Assembly (NCBI RefSeq): GCF_963921235.1
Contig: NC_086118.1
Coordinates: 2,046,001-2,110,000, forward strand
Length of the DNA stretch: 64,000 nucleotides
DNA from: Mobula hypostoma
Lineage: Eukaryota
Direction: 5' to 3'
Shown one piece after another: positions 24,893 through 37,254 of the stretch (the stretch's first letter is position 1; every line of letters starts with the position of its first letter). The notes below the pieces were generated by a model. It saw only the letters and a program-made list of their open reading frames with translations. It was not told the origin of the DNA and ran no database searches. The translations under genes and the position numbers were made by a program.

Positions 24893-26175
24893 TTAGAACA
24901 CAGAACATAGACATCTACAGCACATTACAGGCCCTACAGCCCACAATGTTATGCCAACCACGTAACCTACTCCGGAGACTGCCTCGAATTTCCCCAGTGC
25001 ACAGCCCTCTATTTTTCTAAGCTCCATGTACTTATCCAAGAGTGTCTTAACACAGTGGTCGCCAACCTCCAGGCTGTGGACCGATACTTTGCCATGAAGA
25101 ATGCAGTGGTGCAGTGGTAGTCGGAACGCACCCAGCACACCTTTAAGGAAAAAAAGCTGAAATAAACAAGCTAATTAATTAGGTGCCTCCCGGCATGTAA
25201 ATGTTGGCCCAGATCAGAGGCGACGCAACCGGCAATTGCCTCTGATCTGGGCCGACATTTATGTGCCGGGCAGCACCTAATTAATTAGCTTGCTTATTTC
25301 GGCTTTTTTCTTAAAGATGTGCTGGGTGCGTTCCGACTACCACTGCACCACTGCATTCTTCACGGCAATGTATCGGTACGCGGCCTGGAGGTTGGCGACC
25401 ACTGTCTTAAAATACCCTATCGTATTTGCCTCCACCATCGTTGCTGGCAGTACACTCCACACACTCACCACTCTCTGTGTGAAAAACTTACCCCTGACAT
25501 CCTCCTGTACCTACTTCCAAGCACCTTAAAACTCTGCCCCCTTGTGTTAGCCATTTTAGCCCTGGGAAAAAGCCTCCGGCTATCCACATAATCATTGCCT
25601 CTCATCATCTTATAAACCTCTATCAGGTCACCTCTCATCCTCCATCGATCCAAGGAGAAAAGGCCAAGTTCATTCAATCTATTCTCATAAGGTACGGCCT
25701 ACAATCCAGGCAACATCCTTGTAAATCTCCTCTGCACTCTCTCTATAGTATCCTTCCTGTAGTGAGGTGACCAGAACTGAACACAATACTCCAAGTGGTC
25801 TAACCAAGCTCTTAAATAATTGTACCATTACCTCATGGCTCTTGAACTCAATCCCACGGTTGATAAATGCCAACACACCATACACCTTCTTAACAACTCT
25901 GCCAACCTGAGCAGCAGCTTTGATTGTCGTATGGACATGGACCCCAAGATCTCTCTGATCTTCCACGCTGCCAAGAGTCTTACCATTAATATTATATTCT
26001 GCCTTCAAATTTGACCTTCCAAGATGAACCACCTCACTTATTTGGGTTGAACTCCATCTGCCACTTCTCAGCACCTTTCTGCATCCTATCAATGTCCTGT
26101 TGTAACCTCCAGACTATCCACAACACCCCCAACCTCTGCGTCCTCAGCGAACATACTAACCCACCCTTCTACTTC
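24893..26175 (-). mobile_element. CR1 LINE 3' fragment interrupted by a hAT MITE
   Basis: ORFs 25465-25677 and 25685-26092 carry CR1 RT C-terminal motifs (MRGDLIEVYK, DQRDLGV). Confidence 0.88.
25053..25404. mobile_element. hAT (Charlie-like) palindromic MITE
   Basis: CAGTGGTCGCCAACCTCCAGG ... CCTGGAGGTTGGCGACCACTG; nearly the whole 352 bp is an inverted repeat. 8-bp TSD TCTTAACA/TCTTAAAA. Confidence 0.9.
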
Positions 26176-26292
26176 TCAATACCACAAAATGTTAAATGTT
26201 CCAATGTTATAAAGCAACTTTAGTTCTCCATCCAATCGGATCTGGACTTTTCTGCTTATGGCCTTTAACACATTTTTAATGAAGACCAGGTG

Positions 26293-26600
26293 TTGGAGTG
26301 TGGCCAAGTGGTTAAGGCGTCGGTCTAGTGATCTGAAGGTCGAGAGTTCGAGCCTTGGCTGAGGCAGCGTGTGTGTCCTTGAGCAAGGCAGTTAACCACA
26401 CATTGCTCTGCGACGACACCAGTGCCAAGCTGTATGGGACCTAGTGCCCTTCCCTTGGACAACATCGGTGGCGTGGAGAGGGGAGACTTGCAGCATGGGC
26501 AACTGTCCGTCTTCCATACAGCCTTGTCCAGGCCTGTGCCCTAGAAACCTTCCAAGGCGCAATCCATGGTCTCATGAGACTAACGGATGCCTGTTAATGA
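26293..26600 (+). mobile_element. tRNA-derived SINE with CORE-like domain
   Basis: A box TGGCCAAGTGG and B box GTTCGAGCC, followed by GTGTCCTTGAGCAAGGCAGTTAACC (CORE-like). Confidence 0.8.
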
Positions 26601-27919
26601 AGACTAGCCGGCTGATAAAACACGTTACAACTGACGGTGTAGGAATCAACAACACTCTCAACCATTCGAAATGATCATGTTTTCAGCATTGTTCATAACT
26701 CTCCAGCTCTGAACAAAGGGCATCAGCCTCCATGGTAATGCAGTTTCTTTTTCCACTTTCTTCCTCCACAGATACCCCTTTCAGTGACTGCACCGTTGTG
26801 CATCTCACAGATCTCTCTTCAGTGTCTTCATTCATCTCCTTTAATTTACACTTCCTACAAACAGACCAGCTATTTTAAAGAGGCCTTCAATACACTCTCC
26901 AAAACAAAACTATTCATATCTGCATCATGCCATTTCTTCCACGAAAGACATTGCTTTTGTTATCTCTATCCCTCCCTCTTCTCTGCAACTTAAAACTTGT
27001 TTGATTTCTAACCTTCCTCCTTTGATGAAAGACCATCGATCTGAAATGTTAACTGTTTCTCTCAAAAGATGTAGCCTGCTCTGCTCAGTATTTCTCCTAG
27101 TTTCTGGTTGTAATACAAGTGACCACATCTTATAAAGAACTTTAGTGGCTGTGTTTAATGTTTCAATGTAAAACCAAGTTCTTAATCATTAAAATCCATC
27201 CAAGAACCACTTATTCAACCTAACTTGGGATCTTACTTGTTTTTTTAAAAATATAATTTTTATTGAATTTTCAAAAAGAATACATGAAAAAAAAGAATCT
27301 ACCCTCCCCCCTCCCCTTAACCCTCCCCCCCCCCATATATAGTCCTACCAAAAAAGAAAAAAAAAGAAAAAAAAAAGAAAAGAACCGCCTGGTTATTGGA
27401 AGGTTTCCACATGCTCCATGGGATTCAAAATGAATTTGGTATAATTATTCGTTACTTTCCCCAAGTGACCAAAGTCTTTATCGGAGCACTTAAATATGCC
27501 ATCCTATCTTTTGTAAATAAGGGCGCCAACTATTCAAAAATGTTACATATTTATCTCTTAAATTATAAGTAAATTTTTCAAGTGGAATAGAACTAGCCAT
27601 TTCATTATTCCAACGATCCATACTTAAATACGAATCAGATTTCCAAGTAACTGCTATAGTCTTCTTAGCTACTGCCAATGCAATTTTTATAAATTCTTTC
27701 TGATATTTATTCAATTTAAGTTTCGGTTTTATCCCTTCAATATCACCTAATAAAAATAATACAGGGTTATGTGGAAGTTGAATTGCAGTAATTTGTTCCA
27801 ATAAGATTCTTAAATTTATCCAAAAGGGTTGGATTTTAAAACAAGACCAAGTAGAATGTAAAAAAGGAACAATTTCTTGATCACACCGAAAACATTTATC
27901 AGAAAAATTTGAATTTAAT

Positions 27920-29671
27920 CTATTTATTTTTTGCGGTGTAAATACTGAGTAGCCGAGTTACATTATCTGCCAATTGTCTATTTTTAATAAATCCTGTTTG
28001 ATCCATATGTATTAATTTTGGTAAATATTTAGATAATCTATTCGGTAAAATTTTTGCTATTATTTCCGTATTCAATAAAGAAATAGGCCTATATGATGCT
28101 GGTTTCATAGGATCTCTGTCTTTTTTTGGCAATACTATTACATTTGCTGTTGAAAAAGATTCTGGAAGTTTATGTATTTTTTCTGCTTGACGTATTAGTT
28201 CCATAAAAAGAGGAAATAATAAATCTTTAAATTTTTTATAAAATTCAGGTGGAAAACCATCTTCTCCTGGAGATTGACTTTGGAGTGATCCTAAAGCTTC
28301 TTCAACTTCTTTTAATGTAAAAGGCATATCTAATCCCTTCTGTTCTTCCAAATTCAATTTTGGAAGAGAAACTTGTGATAAAAACCTTTCTATCTCATTA
28401 ACATCATTTTGGGATTCTGATTGATATAATTCAGAATAGAAATTTTTAAAAGTTTCATTTATTTCAAGAGGTTTATAAGATATTTTATTTGCCCTTGTTC
28501 TAATTGCATTTATTGTTTTGGAAGCTTGTTCTGTTTTCAACTGCCAGGCAAGAATTTTATGTGCTCTCTCACCTAACTCATAATACCTTTGTTTAGTTCT
28601 TATAATTGCTTTTTCCGTTCTATATGTCTGAAGCGTATTATATTGTAACTTCTTATTGACAAGTTGTTTTCGTTTTTCTTCTGACATATATCTTTGAGAT
28701 TCTTTTTCTATTTTTGTAATCTCTTTTTCCAATTGATCTAGTTCTGCCATATATTCTTTCTTAATTTTAGACATATAACTTATTATCTGGCCCCTAAGAT
28801 ATGCTTTCATCGCATCCCATAATATAAATTTATCATCCACTGAATGAAAATTTGTATCCAAAAAAAATTGAATCTGCTTTTTCATAAAATCACAAAAATC
28901 TTGACGTTTTAATAATGTTAAATTAAATCTCCATCTATAAGCCACTTCTTCCTTATCAGCCATTATTAATGTCATTAATAAAGGGGAATGATCTGATAAT
29001 ATTCTTGCTTTATATTCCATATTTTTCACTCTGTGTTGAATATGCATTGATAATAGAAACAAATCTATCCTTGAGAAAGTTTTATGTCTATGGGAGTAGA
29101 ACGAATAGTCTCTTTCTTTAGGATTGATTCTTCTCCATATATCAATCAGATTTAAATCCTTCATCAATGATAAAGTTAAAGTTACTACCTTCGATTTTAT
29201 AACAGCCTTGGTTGATCTATCTAAGACTGGGTCTAAGCAAAAATTAAAGTCTCCTCCAATTAATATTTTTTCATGCGCATCCGCCAAATTCAAAAAAGCT
29301 TCTTGTATGAATTTTGCATCATTTTCATTTGGTGCATAAATATTCATAAAAGTCCATAGTTCAGAAAAAAGTTGACAATGTATAATCACATATCTCCCCG
29401 CAGAATCAGTTATTACATTTTGTATTCTAATTGGTAACGTTTTATTGATCAAAATTGCTACTCCCCTCGCTTTTGAATTAAATGAAGCCGCAACAACACT
29501 ATCCACCCAATCTCTCTTTAGTTTCTGATGTTCTGTTTCCGTTAGGTGCGTTTCCTGTAAAAAAGCTAAATCTATCTTCATTTTTTTAATATGTGTTAAG
29601 ATTCTTTTTCTTTTCACTGGTCCATCAAGCCCGTTAACATTAAAACTCAAAAAATTCAATAAATTAGTCAT
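27920..29671 (-). CDS. L1 ORF2 (APE endonuclease plus start of RT), truncated by internal deletion; C-terminal remnant at ~27490-27940
   Basis: SFNVNGL, FLQETH, NIYAPN, GGDFN, SRID, SDH, SPGEDG, YRPISLLN and DQTGFI are present. It then jumps to the Cys-rich C-terminus (CFRC...HSTWSC); the QGCP/YADD core is missing. Confidence 0.88.
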   Translation of the reverse strand: MTNLLNFLSFNVNGLDGPVKRKRILTHIKKMKIDLAFLQETHLTETEHQKLKRDWVDSVVAASFNSKARGVAILINKTLPIRIQNVITDSAGRYVIIHCQLFSELWTFMNIYAPNENDAKFIQEAFLNLADAHEKILIGGDFNFCLDPVLDRSTKAVIKSKVVTLTLSLMKDLNLIDIWRRINPKERDYSFYSHRHKTFSRIDLFLLSMHIQHRVKNMEYKARILSDHSPLLMTLIMADKEEVAYRWRFNLTLLKRQDFCDFMKKQIQFFLDTNFHSVDDKFILWDAMKAYLRGQIISYMSKIKKEYMAELDQLEKEITKIEKESQRYMSEEKRKQLVNKKLQYNTLQTYRTEKAIIRTKQRYYELGERAHKILAWQLKTEQASKTINAIRTRANKISYKPLEINETFKNFYSELYQSESQNDVNEIERFLSQVSLPKLNLEEQKGLDMPFTLKEVEEALGSLQSQSPGEDGFPPEFYKKFKDLLFPLFMELIRQAEKIHKLPESFSTANVIVLPKKDRDPMKPASYRPISLLNTEIIAKILPNRLSKYLPKLIHMDQTGFIKNRQLADNVTRLLSIYTAKNK

Positions 29672-30198
29672 TATTCTTCACAAAGTTACTCCAATCTAAA
29701 ACATTATTTATTTTCTCAACTTTCATAGTTCCTTGGGGAATCTCTTTAAACTTCACCATGTTGCTATGTGTCTCCCTCCCAACCTTCCAGGCAGAAAGAA
29801 AAAAGAAGAAAGAAAAAGTACAAAAAAAGAAAAAAAAAATACCCCCCCACTAATGTTGTGAACGAAAGGATACACAACACTACCCCCCTCCATTTTGCGG
29901 GTCGTGGCAAAAGCCACGCTTGCACACATGACTAGCGTAGCAATCGATCAGTGCTTCTTCCAGCTCCCCCGCAACAAAAAAAACATTTTATATATATATA
30001 GACAAAATTAGTATTACTATTCCCAACTAATATTCCTCCAATTTTAACCTTTCTTACCCCCCCGTATAATTAATAATATATTTATACATTTATCCAGCTT
30101 CAAAAATCCATCAAGTCCATTCTTTAACCCAATCTTCATCTTCAATCTATCTCGCTCTCCTGGGTTTGTTCTTGTGTCTGGTGAGTTTTCAGAGAATC

Positions 30199-31263
30199 TC
30201 ACACAAACTGCTCTGCTTTCTGATAATCATCAAAAAATCTTTTTTCTCCACCAGACAAAAAAATCTTCAAAGTTGCAGGATAACGCAGTGTAAATTGATA
30301 ACCATGCTCCCATAGGGTTTTTTTCACTGGATTAAATTTCTTCCTTCTCTTCAAAAGTTCGTAACTTATATCAGGATAGAAAAAAACTTTGTTCCCTCCA
30401 ATTATCAATGGCCCTTTTCCATCTTTGGCAGCTCGAGCAGCTGCCTGTAGAATCCTTTCCTTGTCTTGAAATCTTAAGAATTTTATTAAAATCGATCGTG
30501 GATATTGGTCATCTTTTGGTTTTGGTCTTAGAGCTCTATGTGCCCGCTCAATTTCAATTGATCGAACCTCCTCTTCCATTTGCAAAACATCCGGGATCCA
30601 TCTTTGAAAAAATTCTATTGGTTTATCTCCCTCCATACCTTCTTTAAGACCAACAATTTTAATATTATTACGTCTACTAAAATTTTCCAACATGTCCACT
30701 TTCTCCAACAGTCGGTTTCTTTCCGAATTCCAGACAAGCAAATCATTTTCTGTTTTTTCCACTCTATCATTCATATGCCCCATTGCTCTTTCCATCTTCT
30801 GAAGCTTCTTATCCATTTTGTCCTGTCTTGCCATAACTTTATCATAGCACATCTTCGTATCTCTAAGTTCTTCTCTTACTTTTCTTAATTCAGCCGTTAA
30901 TTGCAATATAGCTTCTCTCATGTCACTATCATCTCCTTTACTTCCAATCGCTTCCAGTTCTTCCTCCTCTTCTTCATCTATGTTCTCTGCAGAATCCGAT
31001 TCTGACTCTGAGTCATTTTCAATTGCAGTGGCTGTCGGTTCTTGTAGTTTGTGTTGTGTCGGTTTGCGCATGCACTCTTCTTTGCGCATGCGCATTACCG
31101 GTGTCTTCTTTGAAGAAGCCGTTGCCACCGCCGTTGCTCCCTGTTCTACCGAAGGAGATCCAACCTGAGTCCGAGGCTCCATCGTTGCAGTAGGCCCTTT
31201 TTTCTTCCCGTCTCGCGGCTGCTTCGCAACAGCAGACTTCTTTTGTTGCAGTTTAGGAGGCAT
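30199..31263 (-). CDS. L1 ORF1p (coiled coil plus RRM/CTD), 354 aa
   Basis: LENFSRRNNIKIVGL, IERAHR, PRSILIKFLRFQDKERIL, FFYPDIS, LRYPATL. Confidence 0.92.
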   Translation of the reverse strand: MPPKLQQKKSAVAKQPRDGKKKGPTATMEPRTQVGSPSVEQGATAVATASSKKTPVMRMRKEECMRKPTQHKLQEPTATAIENDSESESDSAENIDEEEEEELEAIGSKGDDSDMREAILQLTAELRKVREELRDTKMCYDKVMARQDKMDKKLQKMERAMGHMNDRVEKTENDLLVWNSERNRLLEKVDMLENFSRRNNIKIVGLKEGMEGDKPIEFFQRWIPDVLQMEEEVRSIEIERAHRALRPKPKDDQYPRSILIKFLRFQDKERILQAAARAAKDGKGPLIIGGNKVFFYPDISYELLKRRKKFNPVKKTLWEHGYQFTLRYPATLKIFLSGGEKRFFDDYQKAEQFV

Positions 31264-31583
31264 ATCGTAAAGTAATCTTACAAAGTTTATAAATAGTTTT
31301 CAGAAAATATTTACTAACTTTGTTCTGTTTAAACGGTACTTTACTGACTTGTTGCGGGAGGGCTGGATTTACACGTCTCAATCCCACGTCATCACGTGAC
31401 GCCCCCCACTTGTTTTTAAAAACAATTCAGTCTCTGTCACCTTGAATATCTGGCCCATGCAGAGCTAACAATCTGTGTCCGGGTCAATCTAGGAGCCTAG
31501 TGTATCTGAGTGTTTGAGTTACTCTCTGGTCAACCCTCCCTGTCAACATTTGGATTCTATTTCAGCAGATATTCATCTCTCAC

Positions 31584-31692
31584 CCTCTTCTGCCAAATCC
31601 TTGTTAATGATTAGTTTGCCATGTCGAAGGTAGTTGAGGATCGGGCCAAAGTAACTCGGGTCTCTGTCAATGAGATAGGCACCAGTTTCATC
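31584..31692 (-). CDS. KCTD2: KCTD2 exon 2 ([37 protein letters not shown])
   Basis: 109 nt, ttgcag|GAT ... G|gtgaga; BTB motif [14 protein letters not shown]. Confidence 0.97.
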
Positions 31693-33177
31693 CTGCAAGA
31701 GAGAGACCAACACAATGCAAAATCAACTACAACATGAAAGTGGCTCACACATCCCGGCCAAGTTTTGATTATGGACAATGGTGAATGAGCAAGCTTGCCT
31801 GAGTTGAAGTTGATCATTGTAAATTGTCCTATGATTAGGCTAAGGTTAAATCACTGGGTTGTAGGGCTGTGTGGTTCTTTAGGCTGCAAGGCCTGTTCTG
31901 CATTGCATCTCCAAACAAACAAATAAATGTCTTCTTATAGCCATATCAGTTCTGTCTCAAGAGAGTGATTCAAGAAATACTTTAGAAGCAGGGACAGCGT
32001 GGGTTAGGAGGTATACAGTAAATCTCCCTCCGTAGTACTGACACACACTCCCAGGGCAGGGACAGCAAGGCTTAGATACAGGGTAAAGATCCCTTTGCAT
32101 TTCCCATCAAACACTCTCAGAGCAGGAAAAACACAAGTTAGTTATAGAGGAAAGCTCCTTTTATATTATTGAGACGGCATCTATATTGCCAAAATGACAT
32201 TAAAAATTAACTGCTAAATATTTTGCAGTACCCAATGGAAAATTGCAGGGATTTATTCACAGAGGAAATAGTATTCTGCAAAAATGAGAATTAATGTTAA
32301 TAAATATTAATAAAATAATGGTACTGGTAAGGTGGTGAGACTGAAAATTCTCAATATCTACATCCCAGAGTTCGGAAGGAGGTGCCTTTAAGAATAGCAA
32401 AAATCATGGTGATCAACATGTAAATCTGTACAGATTCTGGAATTGTATCTGTAGACTGGAAGTAAGAAAATGTGACCCCAATATGTAAGAAAGGACGAAA
32501 CGAGAAAACTGGGAAATATCAACATATCAGTCCAACTTCAGCAGCTGGGAAAATGCTGGAATCCATAATAGATGACGTAATAACAGAACATTTGAGAAGA
32601 ATACCAGGATTGAGCAGAATCATTAGGGATTTATGAAAGGAAGTACAGGGTTGACTAATCTAATGGAATTTTTTGGGAATGCAACTTAAAATGTGGGTAA
32701 AGGGATGTGGTGTAGTTGTATTTGCAGAAGGTATTTTCAGCAAAGGCCCACACAGAAGGTTGGTCAATGTGTTCAGAGCACATGGGATTGGGGGTAAAAT
32801 GACCTGGATGTCCTTGTACACAAGTCACTGAAGGTGCAGCAGGTGATTAGGAAGGTAAAAGGTACTGTAAACCAATAAAACTACACATGTTGGATATTGA
32901 TACAAAAAACAAATGCTTCATCAGATTCTGAAGAAAGGTCGCTGATTCAACTTGTTGACTAGTTTTCCTTTCCACATATGCTGCCTGACCGGTGTACTCC
33001 CAGCACTTCTCTTTCTGTTTAAGGCACATCATATGTTGGTGGTGCTAGGGGAGGATTTGAGTCCTCAAATAAAGATTATTTTGAGCTTTCATGAGACTGC
33101 CCTGGAGTCTCTTACCTCAAAACAATATACAGTATATATCTACCAAAGAGGGGTCTTGCTCTCCATGTTTGTATGGC

Positions 33178-34310
33178 ATAGACCATAAGATATAGGAGCA
33201 GAATTAGGCCATTTGGCTCATTGAGTCTGCTTCGCTATTCCTTCATGGCTGATCCATTTTCCCCCCTCCACCTGAATCTCCTGCCTTCTCCCAGTATCTC
33301 TTCAAGCCCTGATCAATCAAGAGTCTATCAACCTGTCTTAAATATACACAAAGACCTAGCGTCCACAGCCGCCTGTGACAACGAATTCCACAGATTCACC
33401 ACTCTTTGGCTAAAGAAATACCTCCTCATCTCCATTCTAAAAGGATGCCCTCTATTCTGAGGCTGTGTCATTGGGTCCTAGATACTCCTGCCACAGGAAA
33501 CATCCTCTCCACATTCACTCTATCAAGGCCTTTCAACATTTGATAGGTTTCAATTAGGTCACCCCTCATTCTTCTGAATTCCAATCCATACAGGCCCAGA
33601 GCCATCAAACACTCTTCACATGACAAGCCATTCAACCCTGGATTCATTTTCATGAACCTCCTTTGAACCCTCTCCAGTTTCAGCACATCCTTTCTAAGAT
33701 AAGCGGTCCAAAACTGCTCACAATACTCCAAGTGAGGCCTCACCAGTGCTTTATGAAGTCTCAACATTACATCCTTGTTTTTAGATTCCAGTCCTCCCGA
33801 AATGAATGCTAACATCACATTTGCCTTTGCATAGACTCAGCCAGTAAGTTAACCCTTAAGGAATCCTCCACAAGGAATCCCAAGTCCTTTTGCACCTCAG
33901 GTTTTTGAATTTTCTCTCCATTTAGAAAATAGTCTACCTCTTCATTTCTTCTACCAAAGTGCAAGACCATACCCTTCCCAACTCTGTATTCCATCCGCCA
34001 CTCTTTGCCCATTTTCTAATCTAAGTCCTTCTGTAACACACATAAAAGTTGCTGGTGACACAGCAGGCCAGGCAGCATCTGTAGGAAGGGGTACAGTCGA
34101 CGTTTCGGGCCGAGACCGTTTGTCAGGACTGTGGGGTCTCGGCCCGAAACGTCGACTGTACCCCTTCCTAGAGATGCTGCCTGGCCTGCTGCGTTCACCA
34201 GCAACTTTTGTGTGTTGCTTGAAATTCCAGCATCTGCAGATTTCCTCATGTTTGCGTTTTTAAGTCTTTCTGTAGTTGCTCTACTTCCTCAAAACTACCT
34301 GCCCCATTTT
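33178..34310 (-). mobile_element. CR1 3' fragment hosting a PLE fold-back
   Basis: ORFs 33468-33818 and 33815-34012 (LVRPHLEYC, ERVQRRF). Confidence 0.88.
34036..34260. mobile_element. Penelope-derived fold-back insertion with 14-bp TSD
   Basis: Inverted arms of ~90 bp plus tail GCTTGAAATTCCAGCATCTGCAGATTTCCTCATGTTTGCG. TSD TAAGTCCTTCTGTA (34022-34035) and TAAGTCTTTCTGTA (34261-34274). Confidence 0.85.
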
Positions 34311-35129
34311 CTTGTATGTGATCATTAAGCACTGTTGATTCTCCTACAACACACTACAACTAGGGTGAGTTTACAGCCATTAATCTATCAAGTCTATGCC
34401 CAAGATCAACTTGGCTGGTTTCAGAAATGGTGAGTTTGGTAACGTAAGCAGGAAAGGTAATTCAAATTGCTCTGCTATCATGTGGGATTTGAACTCTCAA
34501 GTGCCCAGCAGCTTAATTGCTACTTGTATCCATGTAAAACCAGGATTACGAAGCACTAAAAAGAGGATGGGAGAACCACAAGACTAATCCTTATTGAGGG
34601 CTCTGCGGTGGAAAGGGTGAGCAGCTTCAAGTTCCTCAGCATCAACATCTCAGAGTATCTACCATGAGCTAAACACATAGATGCAATCACAAAGAAGGTA
34701 TGTCAGCAACAAAGCTTCATTAGCAGTTTGTCTGGATTTGGTGTACCACCAAATTATAGCAAATTTCTGCACGTGGCTGCAGAGGGTCGTAGACTCAGTC
34801 ATCTCCCCACCGTCAAGGAACATCTTCAAAAGTCAGTGAGCACCTTAAATCATCAAGGACCCTCACCTCACCATACATTAATACCATGGGAGAAGGTACA
34901 AGACCTGAAGACCCATACGCAGCACAATCCGATTCCTAAACCATCCACGAACCTATGAACACTATCTTGCTATTCCTATTTTTGTGAACCACACTGCTCC
35001 CCACACACAACACAGTTCTAAACTAATATGTGTGATTCTGATAACTAGAGAAACGGGCAACCCGAGCCTGTGGACCAAAGCACAGCTGAGGCGAGAGTGA
35101 CTGCCCTTCAGATCAAGGCATGATAATGA

Positions 35130-35770
35130 GAGAGAGTAAAACTAAAGGTGAAAAAGGCATTTAGCACATTGCCTTCTTCAGTCAGGACATAAAGTGCAGG
35201 AGCTGCATGTTAACTTGCAGCTACACTTGGAAGTACTGTGTGCAGTTTTGGTCACATGTTATAGGAAAGATGTAATACAACTAAAAACAGTGTAGAAAAT
35301 GTTTACCAGGACATTGCCAGGACTAGAGGGAGAGGTTGACTGGGCTGGGTCTTTATTCTTTTGGAATATAGGAGAATAAAGAGCAATCTTACAGAAATGT
35401 TTAACATCAAGACAGACATAGATAAGGTGGATGATAACAGTCTTTTCTACAGGGTAGGGGAGTCCAAAACTAGGGTGCATAGCTTTAGGGTGTGAGGGAA
35501 AAGATTTAAAAGGGTTTTGAGGGGCAACCTTTTCACTCAAAAGGTGGTGAGTGACAGAGGAAGGACTGACAGGGGAGGTGTTTGAAGTAGTACAATAGTT
35601 TCATTCAAGAATTACTGGGATAGGTACATGCAGGGGCAATGCTTTGAGGGATATGGGCTGAATGCAGGAAACTGGGACTAGATGGGGGGGTGGGGGAGAG
35701 AGACCATGGTCAGCATAGGCTAGTTGGTCAGAAGATCTTGTATCCCTGCTGTATTGCTCTATGACTCTGA
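35130..35770 (+). mobile_element. Old decayed CR1 3' fragment
   Basis: Decayed CVQFWS..YRKDV motif and (ctctatga) tail. Confidence 0.7.
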
Positions 35771-37053
35771 ACTCAAGGGGAAAATTATCCAGAGCTACAA
35801 AAGGAAATCATTACAGTTAATGGAAACCACACATTTCAACCTTACAATATTGTTGCAACACTGTCTTAGAAACAGCCATCCTAATGTACCTCAATGATTC
35901 TCTCTGTATCTGAAACTCAGAAGTGAGGCCATCTGCTGATAACTCCACAGACTTCTGTTCCATTCATAATTGCTCTAATGAGATCCATTCCATGCTTCTT
36001 TAGTCTCAAGATTCAGCTGGTAAGGGCAAGTGTATATTGTACCAGGGAATGACCCTTTACCCCAAGCAATGTCCTTACGGCATTTAACAGAATTACCATT
36101 GTTGGATTTTTGCTGTCATCATCCCAAGAGTCACAAAAGCAAGAGACATTTGCTCAGGTCAGAAGTTTGCTGATTTGTAGAAAGTGATATCTCCTGACTC
36201 TCCAATGACCAACAACCTCCAACAAGGAATGTGTCAGGAATACACTGATGTACTCTGGAGGGGTGAAGCTCCAACAATACTATCCAGTGCTATTCAGCCC
36301 AAATCAGTCCACCTGATTGCAACACAGTCCTGCTCCCTCACAACTAATACAAGATTACCAGAATGCATACCGTCTACAAGATACACTGAGGGCTCTCGGA
36401 CAGCACTTTGCAAACCCACGTTCTACTGTTTAGACCAACTAGGCAGCATGAGAGCACCACCCCTACAGGTTCCACCCCAAATATCACAGCATCCTGCCAA
36501 CCAGGATCCTCCATTGTTAGTGGGTCTAAATTCAGAAACACCTTCTCCATTGGCATTGTAGGAGGCTCTTTAATGAAGATACAGCATTTTTAATTATACT
36601 ATTTTTGCACTACTTTAAATTCAACTATTTAATATACGTATTTACTGGAACTGAATTACTTATTTTTATTTCTCTGTATTGTCATATATTGCATTGTACT
36701 GCTGCCGCTGCTAACAAATTTCGCGACCAGTGCCGGTGATATGAAACCTGATTCTGACAGGACTGCCGCAGTCCGAGGCAGCAGCTTGCCAAGGGCAATG
36801 TAGGATGGCAGTGAATGCAGGCCTTCCAGCAGTGCCCACATCCGTGGGTAACTGGCGAGGCAGGACCACCGTAGGAAAGGAATAGGTTATTAATCACCGT
36901 GGAGCCGAAAAGAACGGATCATGGCAACCAGTTGCCATGGAGATAGATGGGTTCGTCGGTCACCATGCCAACAGGTGAAATGGTCCTTCACTATGGGGAC
37001 CGCCAATGACAGGCAGAATCTCCATGGCGACGGCTGGTCCGGGGCCGCCTTAC

Positions 37054-37254
37054 CTTGTCCGAGTCTAGGTCCGGGTCCTCCTGGCACAGGCGGCACAGGA
37101 AGGATTTGGGGTCGCGGCACAAGGTCTGTTTGGTGCTGATGAAATAAGTTCCGCCCACGTTCAGCCGCACCCATTTGTTGCCGGGTTTATCCCCGAGCCC
37201 GAGGGAGTCCGCGCTGTTCCCGCTCACGGGCCCTGAGCTTTGCGGCTCCGCCAT
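37054..37254 (-). CDS. KCTD2: KCTD2 exon 1 CDS (MAEPQ...[41 protein letters not shown]); whole CDS 654 nt, 217 aa
   Basis: BTB/T1 domain start [11 protein letters not shown]; donor AAG|gtaagg. All six exons join in frame (201+109+92+96+126+30). Head-to-head position with ATP5PD matches KCTD2. Confidence 0.96.

Larger units (their letters stand above)
27252..31407 (-). mobile_element. L1 retrotransposon with intact 5' end, intact ORF1 and internally deleted ORF2, in KCTD2 intron 2
   Basis: 5' end GGGGGGCGTCACGTGATGACGT; ORF1; ~530-bp spacer; ORF2; AATAAA/A-rich tail. TSD-like ACTTGTTTTT(TT)AAAAA at ~27235 and ~31408. Confidence 0.92.

Noticed and set aside
26293-26370. Possible tRNA gene
   Set aside because: A and B boxes are present, but there is no convincing acceptor stem or T-run terminator and it continues into a CORE-like SINE body.
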